This document shows, in pieces, positions 13,640 to 27,494 of a DNA stretch of 64,000 bases. A program made the position numbers and the translations under genes. Position 1 is the first letter of the stretch, and every line of letters begins with the position of its first letter. Under the pieces are notes generated by a model, which saw nothing but the letters and a program-made list of their open reading frames with translations, searched no databases and was not told where the DNA came from. Location of the stretch: positions 59,088,001-59,152,000 of the forward strand of contig NC_087436.1 in assembly GCF_036321535.1 (NCBI RefSeq), given 5' to 3'. This DNA is from Camelus dromedarius (taxonomy: Eukaryota).

Positions 13640-13860
13640 GGCAAAACTGAAGAACCATGTGGCTAAATAAAAGCCAGCAAAGAGGAGAGTGGCTTGAGAG
13701 CGGTGAGCATAAAACAAATATAAAAGGAGATCAGGGCACAGAGGCTTTCTGGAATATCATCTGTGTTTATTTCCTTCTAAATGCAATGAGAAGCCAAACA
13801 GTAAAAGTAGTCCAAGTTTTACTGATTGAATACATTGGCAGGGATTACTGGAAAACTTGA
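13640..13860 (-). mobile_element. L2 fragment
   Basis: tttccttctaaatgcaatgagaagcc and the purine-rich stretch resemble antisense L2. Confidence 0.45.
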
Positions 13861-14334
13861 GGCAAATTGTGAGCAGAAACTTGGAATTAAATGCAGGGAT
13901 TTTAGATTCTTAAGAAAAATATAAATTCATTCTCAGTGGCCAATCTCAGGAATTATAATGTAGTAAATTTATTTGAAAAGTTTTATACTAACAAGTAATG
14001 ATACATTGTAACTAAAGATTATACCCTTGCATTTAATTATCCCTACAAATGTAGTCTATTTTAGGCTTTAGAATCCACAGTGAATTATAAATCTGGTTCT
14101 TATTTCAAAAGGTTTATTAGCATTAGACATTCATAATATATAATTCATCATTATATATATGAGGGAACAGAGAATATATGAAAGAACCAGGAATTTCTTC
14201 CATATTGATTAAAAAAAGACAAAAAGCAAATAGCGTAAAGCATTGGATATTCACTTGATTTCTTTTCTATTAAGATTTTTCCATTATGCTTTGTTTTTGT
14301 TTTTTCTTAAAATGTCTTTGTCTTCACTATCTCA

Positions 14335-15130
14335 TATGATCTTTATTGATACATAATACATATATCATAAAATTAATTGTTCTAAAGTATATGATTCAAT
14401 GTTTTAAGTATATTAACAAAATTGTATGATCACTAATTCCAGAACATTTTCATAACAGTCTATGCATTAGCAGTCACTCCCCATTTGTACAAATCCCCAG
14501 TACCTGGCAGCCACTAATCTATACCCTGTCACTATGGATTTGTGTATTCTGGACATTTCATATAAACTAAATCCTACAATATGTGCTCTTTTGTATTTGG
14601 CTTCTTTCAGTTAGCATAATATTTTCAAGGATTATCTGTGATACAGCATGTGTCACTACTTCGTTCCTTTTTATGGATGAATAACACTCTGTTGTATAGA
14701 TATACCGCATTTGTTTATCCATTTGTCAGTTGATGGACATAAGGATCTATCATTATGGAGGCATGAATAATACTGCTATGAACATTAATGTACAAGTTCT
14801 TTTGGACATATGTTTTTAATTATCTTGAGTATATATGTAAGAGTAAAAATGCTAAGCCATTGGGTAACTCTATGTTGAATTGTTTAAGGAACAGCCAAAC
14901 TGAGGCTTTCTGTTTCTCCACATCCTCATCAACACTTGTTACTGTCTGTCTTTTTGATTATAGCCATCCTAGTGAGTTTAAAGTAATATCTCATTGGGTT
15001 TAGATTTGCATTTCAGCAATGACTAATGATGATGATGAGCATATGTTCATATCCTTATTGACCATTGGTATTCCTTCCTTAGAGAAAAATCTGTTCAAAA
15101 CATTTGCCCATTAAAAAAAATTGGGTTGTC
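14335..15130 (-). mobile_element. Old L1 (L1MA/MB-like) 3' end, left part of an element split by a younger L1
   Basis: ttccagaacattttcat, ctggacatttcatataaa and gttgatggacat; the sequence resumes at ~21750. Confidence 0.85.
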
Positions 15131-18100
15131 TTTTTTTTTTTTATTGAAGTAGGATTTATTTATAGTATTAGTTTCAGGTGTACAATAGAATGATTCAATA
15201 TTTTTGTAGCCTATATTTCATTTAAAGCTATTATAAAATATTGGCAATATACCCTGTGCTGTATAGCATATCCTTGCAGTTCATTTTATCCATAATAGTT
15301 TGTACCTCTCAGTTTCCCACACCTATCTTGTCCATCCTCCCGTCCCTCTCCCCTCTGGTAACCAGTAATTTGTTCTCTATATCTGTCAGTCTATATTTGT
15401 TTCATTTTTTGACATTCCACATATCAGTGATATCATATAGTATTTGCCTTTATCTGACTTACTTCACTAAGCATAATACCCTCCATGTCCATCATTTCGT
15501 TGCAAGTGTCAGAATTTCATTCTTTTTATGGATAGTATTTGTATATGTTTGTATATTTATACTTATATATATGTGTGTGTGTGTGTGTGTATACCATTTC
15601 TTCTTTATCCATTCATCTGTTAATGGACACTTAGGTTGCTTCGGTATCTTGACTATTGAAAGTTATGCTGCTATGAACATTGGAATGCATGTATCTTTTC
15701 AAATTGGTTTTTCCATTTTCTTCAGATATATACCCAGGAGTGGAATTGCTGGATCATATGGTATTTCTATTTTAAGATTTTTTAGGATCCTCTCTACTGT
15801 TTTACATAGTGACTGCACCAATTTACTTTCCCACCAACAGTGTAGATGGGTTCCCTTTTTTCTACATCCTCCTCACCAACATTTGTCTTTGGAAATTTTT
15901 GATGATGGCCATTTCTGACAGGTGTGAAGTGATACCTCACTGTGGTTTTTTTATTTGAATTTTTCTGATGATTAGTGATAAGCATTTTTTCATGTGCCTA
16001 TTGGCCATTTGTATGTCTTCTTTGGAAAAATGTCTATTTAGGTCTTCTGCCCATTTTTTTAATCAGGTTGTTTTTGATACTGAGTTGTGTAAGTTGTTTA
16101 TACATTTTGGATATTAATTCCTTATTGGTCATATCATTTGTAAATATTTTCCCCATTCAGGAGGTTGTCTTTTCATTTTGTCAGTGGTTTCCTTTGCTGT
16201 GCAAGAGCTTTGAAGTTTAATTAGATACCATTCATTTTTGTTTTTTTTGGTCTTGGGAGACAGATGCAAAAAAATATTGCTGTGATTTATGTCAAAGAGT
16301 GTTCTGTTCTACTTTTATGATTTCAGGTCTTAAAGTTAGAGCTTTAACCCATTTTAATTTTATTTTTGCATATGTTATGAGAAAATGGTCTAATCTCATA
16401 CATTTATGTATAGCTGTCTAGATTTCCCAGCATCAATTATTGAAGAGACAGTCTTTTCACCATTGTATATTCCTGCCTCCATTATTCATAGATTAATTGA
16501 CCATAAATGCATAGATTTTTTCGGGAGGGAGGCTCTTTGTTCTTTTGATCTATGTATCTATTTTTGTTCCAACACAATGCTGTTTTGATTATTGTAGCTT
16601 TGTAGTATAGTGTGAAGATTAGGCGAGTCATAGCTTCAGCTGTGTTCTTTTTTCTCAAGATTGCTTTCACAATTTGGGATTTTTGTGGTTCCATATGAGT
16701 TTTAGGATTATTCATTCTAGTTTCATGGAAAATGTAATAGGTATTTTGATAGGAATTGCATTAAATCTAAAAATTGTTTTGGATAGTATGCACATGTTAA
16801 CAATATTAATTATTCTAGTCCATGAACATAGGTTTTCTTTCCATTTTTTATATCATCTTCAGTTTCCTTCATCAGCATTTTATAGTTTTCATAGTATAGG
16901 TCTTTCACGTCCTTGGTTAAGTTTATTCCTAGTTATTTTACTCTCTTTGATATGATTTTAAATGGAATTGTGTTTTTACTTTCTCTTTCTAGTAGTTCAT
17001 TATTAGTGTATAGAAAACCAACCAATTTGTGTATGTTAATCTTGTATCATGCAAATTTACAAAATAGATTTTTTAATTCTAATAGTTTTTTGGTAGACTT
17101 TAGGGTTTGTGTATATAGTATCATGTTATCTGCAAATAGTGACAATTTTACTTCTTCCTTTCCAATTTGAATGTCTTTCTTTTTCTTGTCTGATTTCTGT
17201 GTCTATGACTTCCAATATTATGATAAATAGAAGCGGCAAGAGTTGGCATCCTTGTCTTGTTCCTGACTTTAGGGGAAAATCTTTCATGTTTTTATTGTTG
17301 AATATAATGTTAGCTGTAAGTTTGTCATAAATGGCCTTTACTATGTTGAAATATGTTCCCTCTATACCAACTTTGATTAGAGCTGTTATCATGGATGAAT
17401 GCTGAATTTTCTCAAATGCTTTTTCTTGTGTTAATTGAGATGGTTATGTGATGTTTTCTCCTTATTTTGTTACCTTTATCATATTGTTTTGGGGATAATG
17501 AACCATTCTTGTACCTCTGGAATAAATCCCATTTAATTAATTAATAAAAATTATTAATTTTTATATATTGTATTCAGTTTGCTAATATTTTATTGAGGAT
17601 TTTTTCATCTATATTAATCATAAATATTGGCCTATAATTTTCTTTTTTTTGAAGTGTCTTTGTCTGGCTTTGGTATCAGGGTAATGGAGGCCTTGTAGAA
17701 TGAATTAGGGAGTGTTTCACCCTTTTCATTTTGGGGGGGCATAGTTTGAGAAGGATAAATATTAGCTCTTTATATGTTTGGTAGAATTCCCCTGTAAAGT
17801 TTTCCAACCCTGGACTTTTGTTTGATGGGAACTTTTTTTTTTTACAAATTTAATTTCACTGTTAGTGTTTGATCTGTTCACATCATCTATTTCTTTCTGA
17901 CTCAGTCTTTGAAGATTGTATGGTTCTAGAAATTTATCCATTTCTTCTAGGCTATTCATTTTGCTGGCATATAACTGTTTGTAGTATTCTCTTAAGATTT
18001 TTTGGGACACTGGTTGTAATTTCTATTCTTCCATTTCTTATTTCATTTATTTGTGTCCTCTCTTTTCTTCTTGATGAGCCTGGCTAAGTCCTATCAATTT

Positions 18101-21100
18101 TGTTTATCTTTTCAAAAGCCATCTCTTGGTTTCATTGATCTTTTCTATTGTTTATTTCGAGGGGTCTCTATTTTATATAATTCCTTTTTGATCTTTATTA
18201 TTTACATCTTTCTGCTGACTTTGGGCTTTGTTTGTTCTTTTTCTAATTATTTAAATTAGAAAGCTTAGTTAGGTTGTTTATTCAAGATGTTTCTTGATTC
18301 TTGAGGTGGGGGGCCCTCTATCACTATGAACTTCCCTATTTTACATGTTTTGTTGTGTTGCATAAATTTTGGAAGGTTGAATTTTTATTTTCATTTGTCT
18401 TGAGAAATTTTCTGATTTCTTCTTTGATTTCTTCAAATTAGCCCATTGATTTTTTTTGTTTTTGTTTTTGTTTTTTAGTAGCATGCTGTTTCATCTCAAT
18501 CTGTTTGTGTTTTTCCTATTTTTCTTCCTGTAATTGATTTCCAGTTTCATACTGGTCAGAAAAGATGCTTGATATAATTTCTATTCTCTTTAGTTTATTG
18601 AAACTACTTTTGTGGCCTAACATGTGATCTATCCCAGAAAACATTCCATATGCACTTGAAAAAAATGAGTATTCTGCTAATTTTGAATGGAATGTCCTGT
18701 AGATATCTATTAAGTTCAATTGGTCTAATGTGTCATTTAAGACCACTCTCTCCTTATTGATTTTGTGTCAGGATGATCTTCCCACTGATGTAAATGGAGT
18801 GTTAAAACCCCCTATAATTACTGTACTATTGTCAATTTCTCCCTTTATGTTTGTTAGTATTTGCCTTATATATTTAGGTGCTCATATATAAGGTGCCTAT
18901 ATGTTAGTGAATGTTACATCCACTTCTTGTATTGATGCCTTTATTCTTAATAATACCCTTATTTTTCTTTTGTTATAGACTTTGTTTTAACGTCTATTAT
19001 GTCTGATATGAATATTGCTACCCTCTTTCTTGTTTCCATTTGCATGAAATATCTTTTTCCATCCTCTCACTTTCAGTCTGCATATGCATGTACCTCTTCA
19101 GTGAGTTTCTTGTAAGCAACCCATAGATGAGTATTCTTTTTTATCCAATCAGCCACATTATGTCTTTTGATTGGAACATGTAGTTCATTGACATTTAAAG
19201 TGATTATTGATAGGTATGTACTTATTGCCATTTTGTTACTTCTCTTCTGGTTATTTTTATAGTTCTTTTCTTGTTTTAGTTTCTTCCATTATGCTTTGAC
19301 AGTTTTCTTTAGCAGTATGTTTGTGTTCCTTTCTCTTTAGTTTTTGTGTATCTGTTTTAGGTTTTTGATTTATGGTTACCATAGTGTTCATATAGGTTGA
19401 CCTATGACTGTATCTCCTTGTTTTAAACTGATAGTCATTTAAGATGAAACGCATTCTAAAAGATCTACATTTTTTATTCTTCTCCCCCATGTTTGGTGTT
19501 TGGTGTTTTTGATGTCATTTTTCACAACTTCATGTCTATCCCTTAGCTATTTATTGTAGTTATAGATGATTTTACAATTTTTGTCTTTTGATCTTTTTAT
19601 TAGCTTGTTTAAGTGCTTGATCCACAGTCTTTACTACATATTTGCTTTTATGAATTGGATGTTTTTCCTTTCCTATAAACTCTTCTTATTACAGCTTTTT
19701 CTCTTCTTAGAGAAGACCTTTTAACACTATGTGTAGGGTTGGCTTAGCATTGATGAACTCTTGAATTTTTGCCTGTCTGAGAAGTTCTTACTCTCTCCAA
19801 TTCTGAATGATAAACTTGCTGAATAGAGTATCCTTGGATGTAAGTTTTTCCATTTCAGCATTTTAAATATGCCATGCCACTTCCTTTTGGCCTGTAAAGT
19901 TTCTGTAGAAAAATAAACTGATAGTTTTAATGGGACTCCCTTGTATGTGACTCTTTGTTTTTGTCTTGATGCTTTTAGAATTTTCTTTTTATCTTCCGTT
20001 TTTGCTATTTTAACTATGACATATCTTGATTTGGGTCATTTTGTTTTCATCTTGTTTGGGACTCTGTGTTTCTGGTACCTGGATATCTGTTTCCTTCTAC
20101 AGATTCAGGAGGTTTTCAGCTATAACTTCATGAAATCCATTTTTCAACACTTTTTTCTCTCTCCTTTCTGGGACCTCTATTATGTGAATATTGGTATGTT
20201 TGATGTTGTCTCAGAGGTCCTTAAACTGTTCTCATTTTTAAAATTTGTTTTTCTTTCTGCTGTTCTGATTGGGTAATTTCCATTATTTTATCTTTCAGAT
20301 AACTTTACGTATTCTTCTGGATCACCTAATCTGCTCTTAACTCCTTCTAGTGTGTTTTTTTACTTTGGTTATTGTATTCCTTAGCTCTGACTGGTTCTTT
20401 TTTATATTTTTTAGTGTCTTATTAAAATTCTCACTGTATTCGTCTATTCTTTTCCCTAGTCCAGGTAGCATTCTTACTAATGCTTTGATGTCTTTATCTG
20501 GTTAATTTTTTAATCTCTTTTTCATTAGTGGCCTTTTCAGGGTTTTTTCTTGTTCTTATGTTTGAAACAAATTCTTCTGTCTTCTCATTTTGCTTAACTT
20601 TCTCTGTCTGTATGAATATTGGTGAAATAGTTATCTTTCCCCTGCTGTGAAGGTGTATCCTTGTGTGGGTGCTTCCTTATGCAGATATGCGTGCCCAGTG
20701 ACTTTGGTGGGAGAGCTAGATCTGAAGTGTGTGTGGGGCTTCCCCCACATCTTCCCCCAGTATGTGCTGACAGCTATCATCTTAGTGGGAGGTGGGGCTG
20801 GAGATGGAGTGGCTAGAGCCAGAGCCAGGTGTGAGCCTGGGCTTCTGTGCTCAGTTGCTGAGCATATCACCCTGTTGGTAGTGAGGTACTGGAGCAGAAG
20901 CCCTGAGGTTCAGGTCCAAGCTGGGTCCATTTCCTCTCAGTGTGTGGTCTCCTGGCTCCCAGTATCAGCACCTTCACCATATAGGGGAGCAGTGTTAGAG
21001 CAGTAGGGCCCAGAGCATCTGCCCACTCTGGGCCAGGGTGTGTGATGGGATGGTCCTGGCACAGGGAATGACATCCCTGGTCATTCAGAGTTCCAAAATG

Positions 21101-21748
21101 CTCCTGATTTAACACCTCTGTGAGTGCTAGTAATGACTGCCCTTGCTCCTGTTCAGATAGAATGGCAGGTCTGAACCAGCTCTATCCCCCATATCTACAC
21201 ACTATCCTTGGTGTTGGCAGCCTTCACTCTAGTGCTGAGCTGCACTAGTGCAAGAGGGACCAGAGTGGGTGCTCAGTGTGGCCTGGGGCACATGGTAAGG
21301 AGGTCACTGGAAACAGCCTGAGTCCCTGACAGTTTCAGTCTGCTTCCCCAAACTTGTTCCTAGGAATAAACAAGTCTATGCATGCTCTTCATGAGGAGAG
21401 TCTAGGTTTCTTATGGCCCTCCTTTTAATACCACAATTCAAACCAGGTAAGGGAACTCAACTTCCCAGGGCTGGGGTGCCTAATATGGTTTGAGCCACTC
21501 AATCCCCTGAGAGGATCTCTGAAGCTGTGTCCCCTCCTAGTGTAGTAGGTCCTGACCTAATTGCTTCTCTTCCCTTCCTACTTTACTCCATGTGGATTTT
21601 TCTTTACAGCCTTGGTTTTATAAGAGTCTTTCTGTCAGTCTCCAGTTCTTTTCAGTGAGAATTGCTCCATATGTAGGTGTATTTTTGATGTATTCATGGG
21701 GGGAGTTGAGCACAGTGTCCTCCTAAATGCCATCCAAATCTTCTTTAG
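15131..21748 (-). mobile_element. Near-full-length (~6.6 kb) inactive LINE-1
   Basis: Poly(T) 15131-15142; ORF2 fragments ([59 protein letters not shown]), ORF2 ATG ~19231; ORF1 ATG ~20588; GC-richer 5' UTR to ~21748; diverged TSD. Confidence 0.95.
15572..15590. repeat. (TG)n microsatellite within L1
   Basis: Seen directly. Confidence 0.9.
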
Positions 21749-22050
21749 ATTAGCTGACTTTTTATATTGGAGTTTTAAGAGCTCTTTACCTATTGTCCCA
21801 TACTGTGGGTTGTCTTTTCAATTTCTTATACTATTTCTTGAAACACAAAAGTTTTAAATTTTGATGGCGTCTAATTCATGTGTTTTTTCTTTGGTTGCTA
21901 GACCTTTTGGTATGACATAAAAGAAAAAAAACAGTTGCCTATTCTAATGTGGTGAAAGGTTATGATTACATTCTCATCTTAATGTTTTGTAGTTTTAGAT
22001 TTTACATTTAGATCTTTGACCCATTTTGAATCATTTTTTACGTGGTGTTA
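21749..22050 (-). mobile_element. Continuation of the old L1 split at 15130
   Basis: ttggagttttaagagctctt...aaaagttttaaattttgatg...tagatctttgacccattttgaa follows the 15120 position in the L1 consensus. Confidence 0.75.
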
Positions 22051-22149
22051 AGTTTATGCTTTTATACTCTTTATATTTTCTCTAGAGTTCTTGATTTTCT
22101 TGTTATGTGATAACATGGAAGATTCTAAGCCCTTGATCTAATCATAGAA

Positions 22150-22540
22150 ACTCTTATTGACTTAATGTTTGTGTCCCATCAAAATTCATGTTGAAGCCCT
22201 AAATACCAGTGTGGTTTTATTTCAAGATTAGGCCTCTGACGAAGTAATTAAGGTTAAATGAGGTCACATGGGTGAGGTCTTAATCCAATAGGATTAGTGT
22301 TCTTATAAGCGAAACACCTGAGAGCTTACTCCCTCTCTGCACATGCACTAAATAAAGGCCATGTGAGAAATAGGGAGAACATAGCCCTCTGCAAGCCAGG
22401 AGAAGAGTCTCCTCCAGAAACTAAATAGGTCTGAACCTTGATCATGGACTTCTAGCCTCCAGAACTTTAAGAAAATAAATTTCTGCTACCAAGTCACCCA
22501 GCCTGTGGTATTTTGTTACAGTAAGCTGACGAGACTAACA
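22150..22540 (+). mobile_element. MaLR solo LTR (MLT1A/B-like)
   Basis: aaaattcatgttgaagcccta...taattaaggttaaatgaggtca...ttctagcctccagaact...ggtattttgttacag. Confidence 0.88.
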
Positions 22541-22759
22541 TGGAAATGTTGCACTATGTTACTGCCCACATGCCTAATTCTGCTCACTTAGCTGAATTCC
22601 AGTCAAGTTATGAGTTCTCTCCATTTGACTTCAAGCCTTCAGGGAAATGAAAAAAATTTTTTTCCTCAGAAAGTGATAATTTACCCTGATTTTTGAAATT
22701 AAAGGATTGTAGTTAATACATTAAACCCCAAATCTGGAGCTACCGTGTTTCATAAGAGA

Positions 22760-22920
22760 TTGAAGCTGGAAAAGTCTTTAGAAAATGGTTTAATAAATCT
22801 CATAAGCTCTTACATAAGAGGTAGAATCCTTGGAAGAAAAAGTGATCTAGGCATCATGCAAGTTTCGCATGGCCTAGGTAGTGCAAGCACATATCTAGAA
22901 TAGAATCCAGACTTTTCTAT
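22760..22920 (-). mobile_element. MIR remnant
   Basis: Weak similarity to the antisense MIR core (aagtgatctaggc...ctaggtagtg...agaatccagact). Confidence 0.35.
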
Positions 22921-23364
22921 AATATACCATTTTGATTTTAAGGGATGAGGATCCTCTACTTCTGCAAGCTGGGTAGTACATAGGCTATATCATTTGTTCC
23001 TTACAGTGTTTATTAACAATATTTCTCAACACCCTACTTTTTTTTTTCATTGCTATTATCTTGGTTCCTGTTCTTTTTATTCCATGTTGGGATAACTGTC
23101 CAACCAGCTCACTGATATCTTTGTGTTTTGTTATCCCTGCAATATGCCATTATGCACACAGGCACAAATTTTATATTCTTGAAGCACAATGTATATTATG
23201 TTAGCTCATTACTTGGAAACTTTCAGGGTTTCCCATTGTTTGTAAGATTTGCAAACTCCTTAGCCTTATATTCTAAGCCCTCCATAACTTTATCCTAACC
23301 TTGGTGCATGAACATTGGTTTCCTTATCCTTTATCACATTATGTTACTCTGTATCCCTATTATT

Positions 23365-23583
23365 CAGAGGTTCTCAACAAGGGATGATTCTTTTCTCCCT
23401 CAGAGACATTTAGCAACATCTGGAGACAGTTTTGGTTGTCACTATAAGGAATGGAATGTGCTATGAGCATCTAGGAGGTAGAGTACAGAAATGCAGGTGA
23501 TCATTTTATAACACACAGGACAGCCACCCACAATAAATAATTATCCAGCCCCAAATGTTAATAGTGCCAAGGTTGAGAAACTT
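23365..23583. mobile_element. MER20 hAT-Charlie element inside L2 remnants
   Basis: Inverted termini GGTTCTCAAC/GTTGAGAAAC; tctggagacagttttggttgtcac and ccccaaatgttaatagtgccaagg. Confidence 0.9.
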
Positions 23584-25513
23584 AAGTCTTAGCATGCTTT
23601 CTTTTTTAAATGTCCCTTTCTTATTTTCTCCATGTCTATTCATAAAGGTTTAATACAAGATCTTTACGAGGTTGTCTTTGAAAACATCAGAATGTTCTCA
23701 AAGGACAACCTTCCATGTCCTATATTTTTTGTTGGATCATTTGGCACCAATCACATGCTATATTGGTATATAAAATTCAAACTTTTATGTGTGATAGATC
23801 TATGAAATATATTCCAAACATTTTTGGACAAGTCAGATTAAAAAACAAGTCTTTTGTTGATTATAGGTATGCTATAATTTCATCCTCTAGGAAATAAAAG
23901 TGTGAAATATGAACATATTTCTCAAAATCAGATTCAGTCTTCACTAATAGTAATGACTAATGATGAAGATGAATTAATTTAAAATAGAGTTGATAATAAA
24001 AGTAGGAAGTATTTCAGTAAATATAGATGACAATAGGTTTTTCTTTTATATTTTTGGTATAATGTAGATTATTTCTATTTATTGCTTATGAGGAAAGTAT
24101 TTTCTGATTCTTAAAGTTTTACTTTGATTTGAAGGTATAAACTTTATCAGTTGAAGATGCTCTAACCATTTTATACATAATTCTTAGTTTCTCGGGAAGA
24201 GGAATATTTTTCTCTTTATTTTCTCATGAATACAAAGCATCTGTTTTCAAACTATACCTGCTTCCTCGATTTCTGCTATACAACTTACTCTTAAAGCATG
24301 TAAAATTAGCTGCAGTGCTGCCTGGCAGTTTTACCCTGAAGAATGTTCTGTCTTTTCTTCTTTAAGTGTTTACTTCTGGCAAAGAAAGGCTTAGAAAGAG
24401 GGAAGTGTATAATGATGGCATTTTTCATTTGTGTTTTGAACGGAGGGTGACTCTTCATGCAAATCTATTCGGTAAAAATTTACATGATGGAAAATGAGGA
24501 TTAAACTACTGCTTTTCTGCACCATGAAATCCATGTACTGTTTTATGCAGCTGTAAAATAGATGACTACTTCACATAATGCACATGAATGCCAAGCAAAT
24601 CCAAATAGGACCCTGCTTGCTCCCAAGTCCTAGGCAGCCCACTTGAGTAGGCATTAGGAGAGGAAACTGAACTAATCTACGGGATTTTGTTCTGTAAAGA
24701 TATATCTGGTCTCTGTGCTCTAGAGGAATCCTACCCTGGGAATGGAAATGTACCTGCAGAGGATCCCTAATAATTAAGAGTCTCACTGATTTTATTAAAA
24801 CTATTTTTTCTCCCAGTAACTTAATTCAAAGGAAAATTGATTATTTCAAAGTCTGAGCAAAGCCTGTCTATCTTTCTTAATTAGCTCAAGGAAAAACCGT
24901 CCATATCTTTCTCTGAAATAGGAAAATAACTGGCAAGTTCCACTATTTGGAAATAGATACATGCTTATTTTGCTCCCCTAAGGTATAATCAAATGCATAT
25001 CTGTAGAGTTGGTTTGTTTGTTAAAACACATGGAGTTTCAAACATGTGCATAGATCATTTTGTATCTAATTGGCATTTGAAAGCTCTCAGATGTTATTTT
25101 CTTTATTTAATGTAGAGTGAGCACATGGAGGTAAGGACCTTGCATGACCTAGAAAACCTAGATATCTTAGCCTTATAGTTTACATTATCAAAGGAAAACC
25201 TAAACTATAATGTAATTTCACCTGCATATGCTACTGATCCTAGAGAGCACAAACTGTAAAGACCTTCAGCACTTCATTTCTTTGACTCTTCCAGTACCCC
25301 TCCCACACCCCATCTCAGTTAATGGGATCAGGCCCTCGCAGACCTCACAAATCAAAAGAAAAATGCAGTTCTGAATTTTAAACCTGATCACTACTCAGTA
25401 CTTTCCTGACTAATTTAAATTCTTATAACTCCCCTCATTATTTTTCCAGGAGTTTATGTACATGATTATTTTAAAGTTTTAATTTAAAAATATATCAGTA
25501 TTGAAATGTTACT

Positions 25514-25534
25514 ATTTAATTTAATTTAATTTAA
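25514..25534. repeat. (ATTTA)4 microsatellite
   Basis: Seen directly. Confidence 0.85.
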
Positions 25535-27494
25535 ATACCATTGTAGTACTGTTCTCCATTCTCCATAGTGTTTATTTTTTGGATTTATTTTAAAATTTCA
25601 TTTGTTTCTGTCAAGATAGCCTGGCCCAAACACCTTTCAAATATTTTCTCATTTAAAACTATTAGTATCTCTATTTTAAAGAAAGTGAACAGAGAGAGAG
25701 GGGTATGTTTCTGTCTAAGCTAATAGGTAACAGAGTCAGAATTTGAACCAGGTAATTTGGTTAACTCTTCAACCAGGTTTAAGAGTTTGTGACAAAGTTT
25801 GAAAGACTGGTACTAGAGAAAAAAGACATAAGCATGACACTGCTAATTTTTAAGGTATTTCATTGTGAATAATTAAGCCAGTTTGGGTGCTATGGAAGCA
25901 CTGGGAGAACTGCTGGTTTCCTAATTAGAGGAGCTATTACTATTAAATATTTAACCTATGACTTATACGGACATGTGCTCCATTTCATCGGTATTCAGTA
26001 CACAGGTTAATCAAGTGTTTCACTGTTGAGGACTAGATTTTTAAAAAATATTTTTTAAAAGAATCTCTTTAACTTACATGTTCAATTTATATGTTCAAGC
26101 ATATAAGCCATTTGTTCAACCTGGAACAACTTAGGCTCTCTTCAATGTCAAAATTCAATCTCTTTGATCTTTAAATTTTTGTTTAATATTCCCTTTCCTC
26201 TAATACATGTCGCAGATTAATACCACGAAGTTACAATCAAATAAATACAAACTTTAGCACTCATCTGTATATAAAATGAAAAGACTTAAGATTCTGTTGA
26301 AGTTGTCAAATGTTACATAACATGTCCTACGATCTGTCATTATCAGTAGACTCCAAGCTCCTTTAAAACATGAATCCAGGTTCCATTTTCCTTTAACAAT
26401 TAATCCAAGACCTGGCATAGCACTTTAGATACAGCAACTATGCATGGAAGAACAAAGCATCTAGATGATAAACTGAAAACTGGAGAAACACTCTTCATGT
26501 CCTTGTATACCCTCTGTCTCCATTCTCTCTTCCAGTATCCCCACTGAAGTTCACAACTGAAATAAAACATTCTTTCCTAACTGGGTATTGATCTTGCATC
26601 TTTTAAAATAGAACTGGAAACTCCCATTACCAAAAGTGTCCCAATGAAAATGAGCTCAAGCTCAAAATATTCAATGCATACAATCTTAACAATGTGATAA
26701 TTGATATTTACCTAATATAACTTGCTTTTAATTTTAAGATACATTGAAATTTTAGAGAAAAAATAGTGTGTCTTAGAACTGAAGAACTGTATTAGCTGTG
26801 TTTCTGTGCATTAGTACACCATATCTTGCGCATCTATTTTCTGTATATGCATACACATATCTCAGCTGAATATGTGCCTAACCATATATTATCCACCAGG
26901 TTATGTGTACTATCAATTTATATCATAAATAAATTTTAGAATGCCTCTGTGCATTCTAAATTCTAAAATTCACTTTTTATTGATTGCAATTTAAAAGTAA
27001 ATTCACTTAGAATATGAGTTATCCAATATTATAAGAAAAATAGTAAAAACACAAATTATGTTATATAAGAGATCTAAAAATGTTTTTCTCCTCTCAGAAA
27101 CCTTCCTATAAAAATTGTAACAACTATTGCTTTTTTAAAGAAATAAATTTTATTTATCAATAAAAATATTTATTGACAATTAGTTATGAGCTGATTGTTA
27201 AAGTATTATATTTTTCCAATTGATTATTCAAGACTATAAAAGACATACATCAATAAATTATAAGTAAATACATTTCCGTTTCCAAAATCTCATGTTATTT
27301 CAACGTAAGACATGAATATTTTATCTACTTATATAGTTGGATAACATGGCTCAGCTTTATTAAAACATATTTTGATTGAGAAAAGAAATTTTCTTTATCT
27401 GAAAAAAGAATTGACCTTAGTATATGGGAAATGCATACAGATTGAGGACTTTTCCTTAAACTGAAGTTTTTGCTTGACTGCCATCTTTCTTAAA

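Noticed and set aside
15241..15918. 225-aa hydrophobic ORF on the plus strand
   Set aside because: Antisense frame of the L1 3' end; T-rich sequence produces spurious membrane-like peptides.
24457..24464. Octamer ATGCAAAT
   Set aside because: A single 8-mer is expected by chance in AT-rich DNA and also occurs within L1 copies here.
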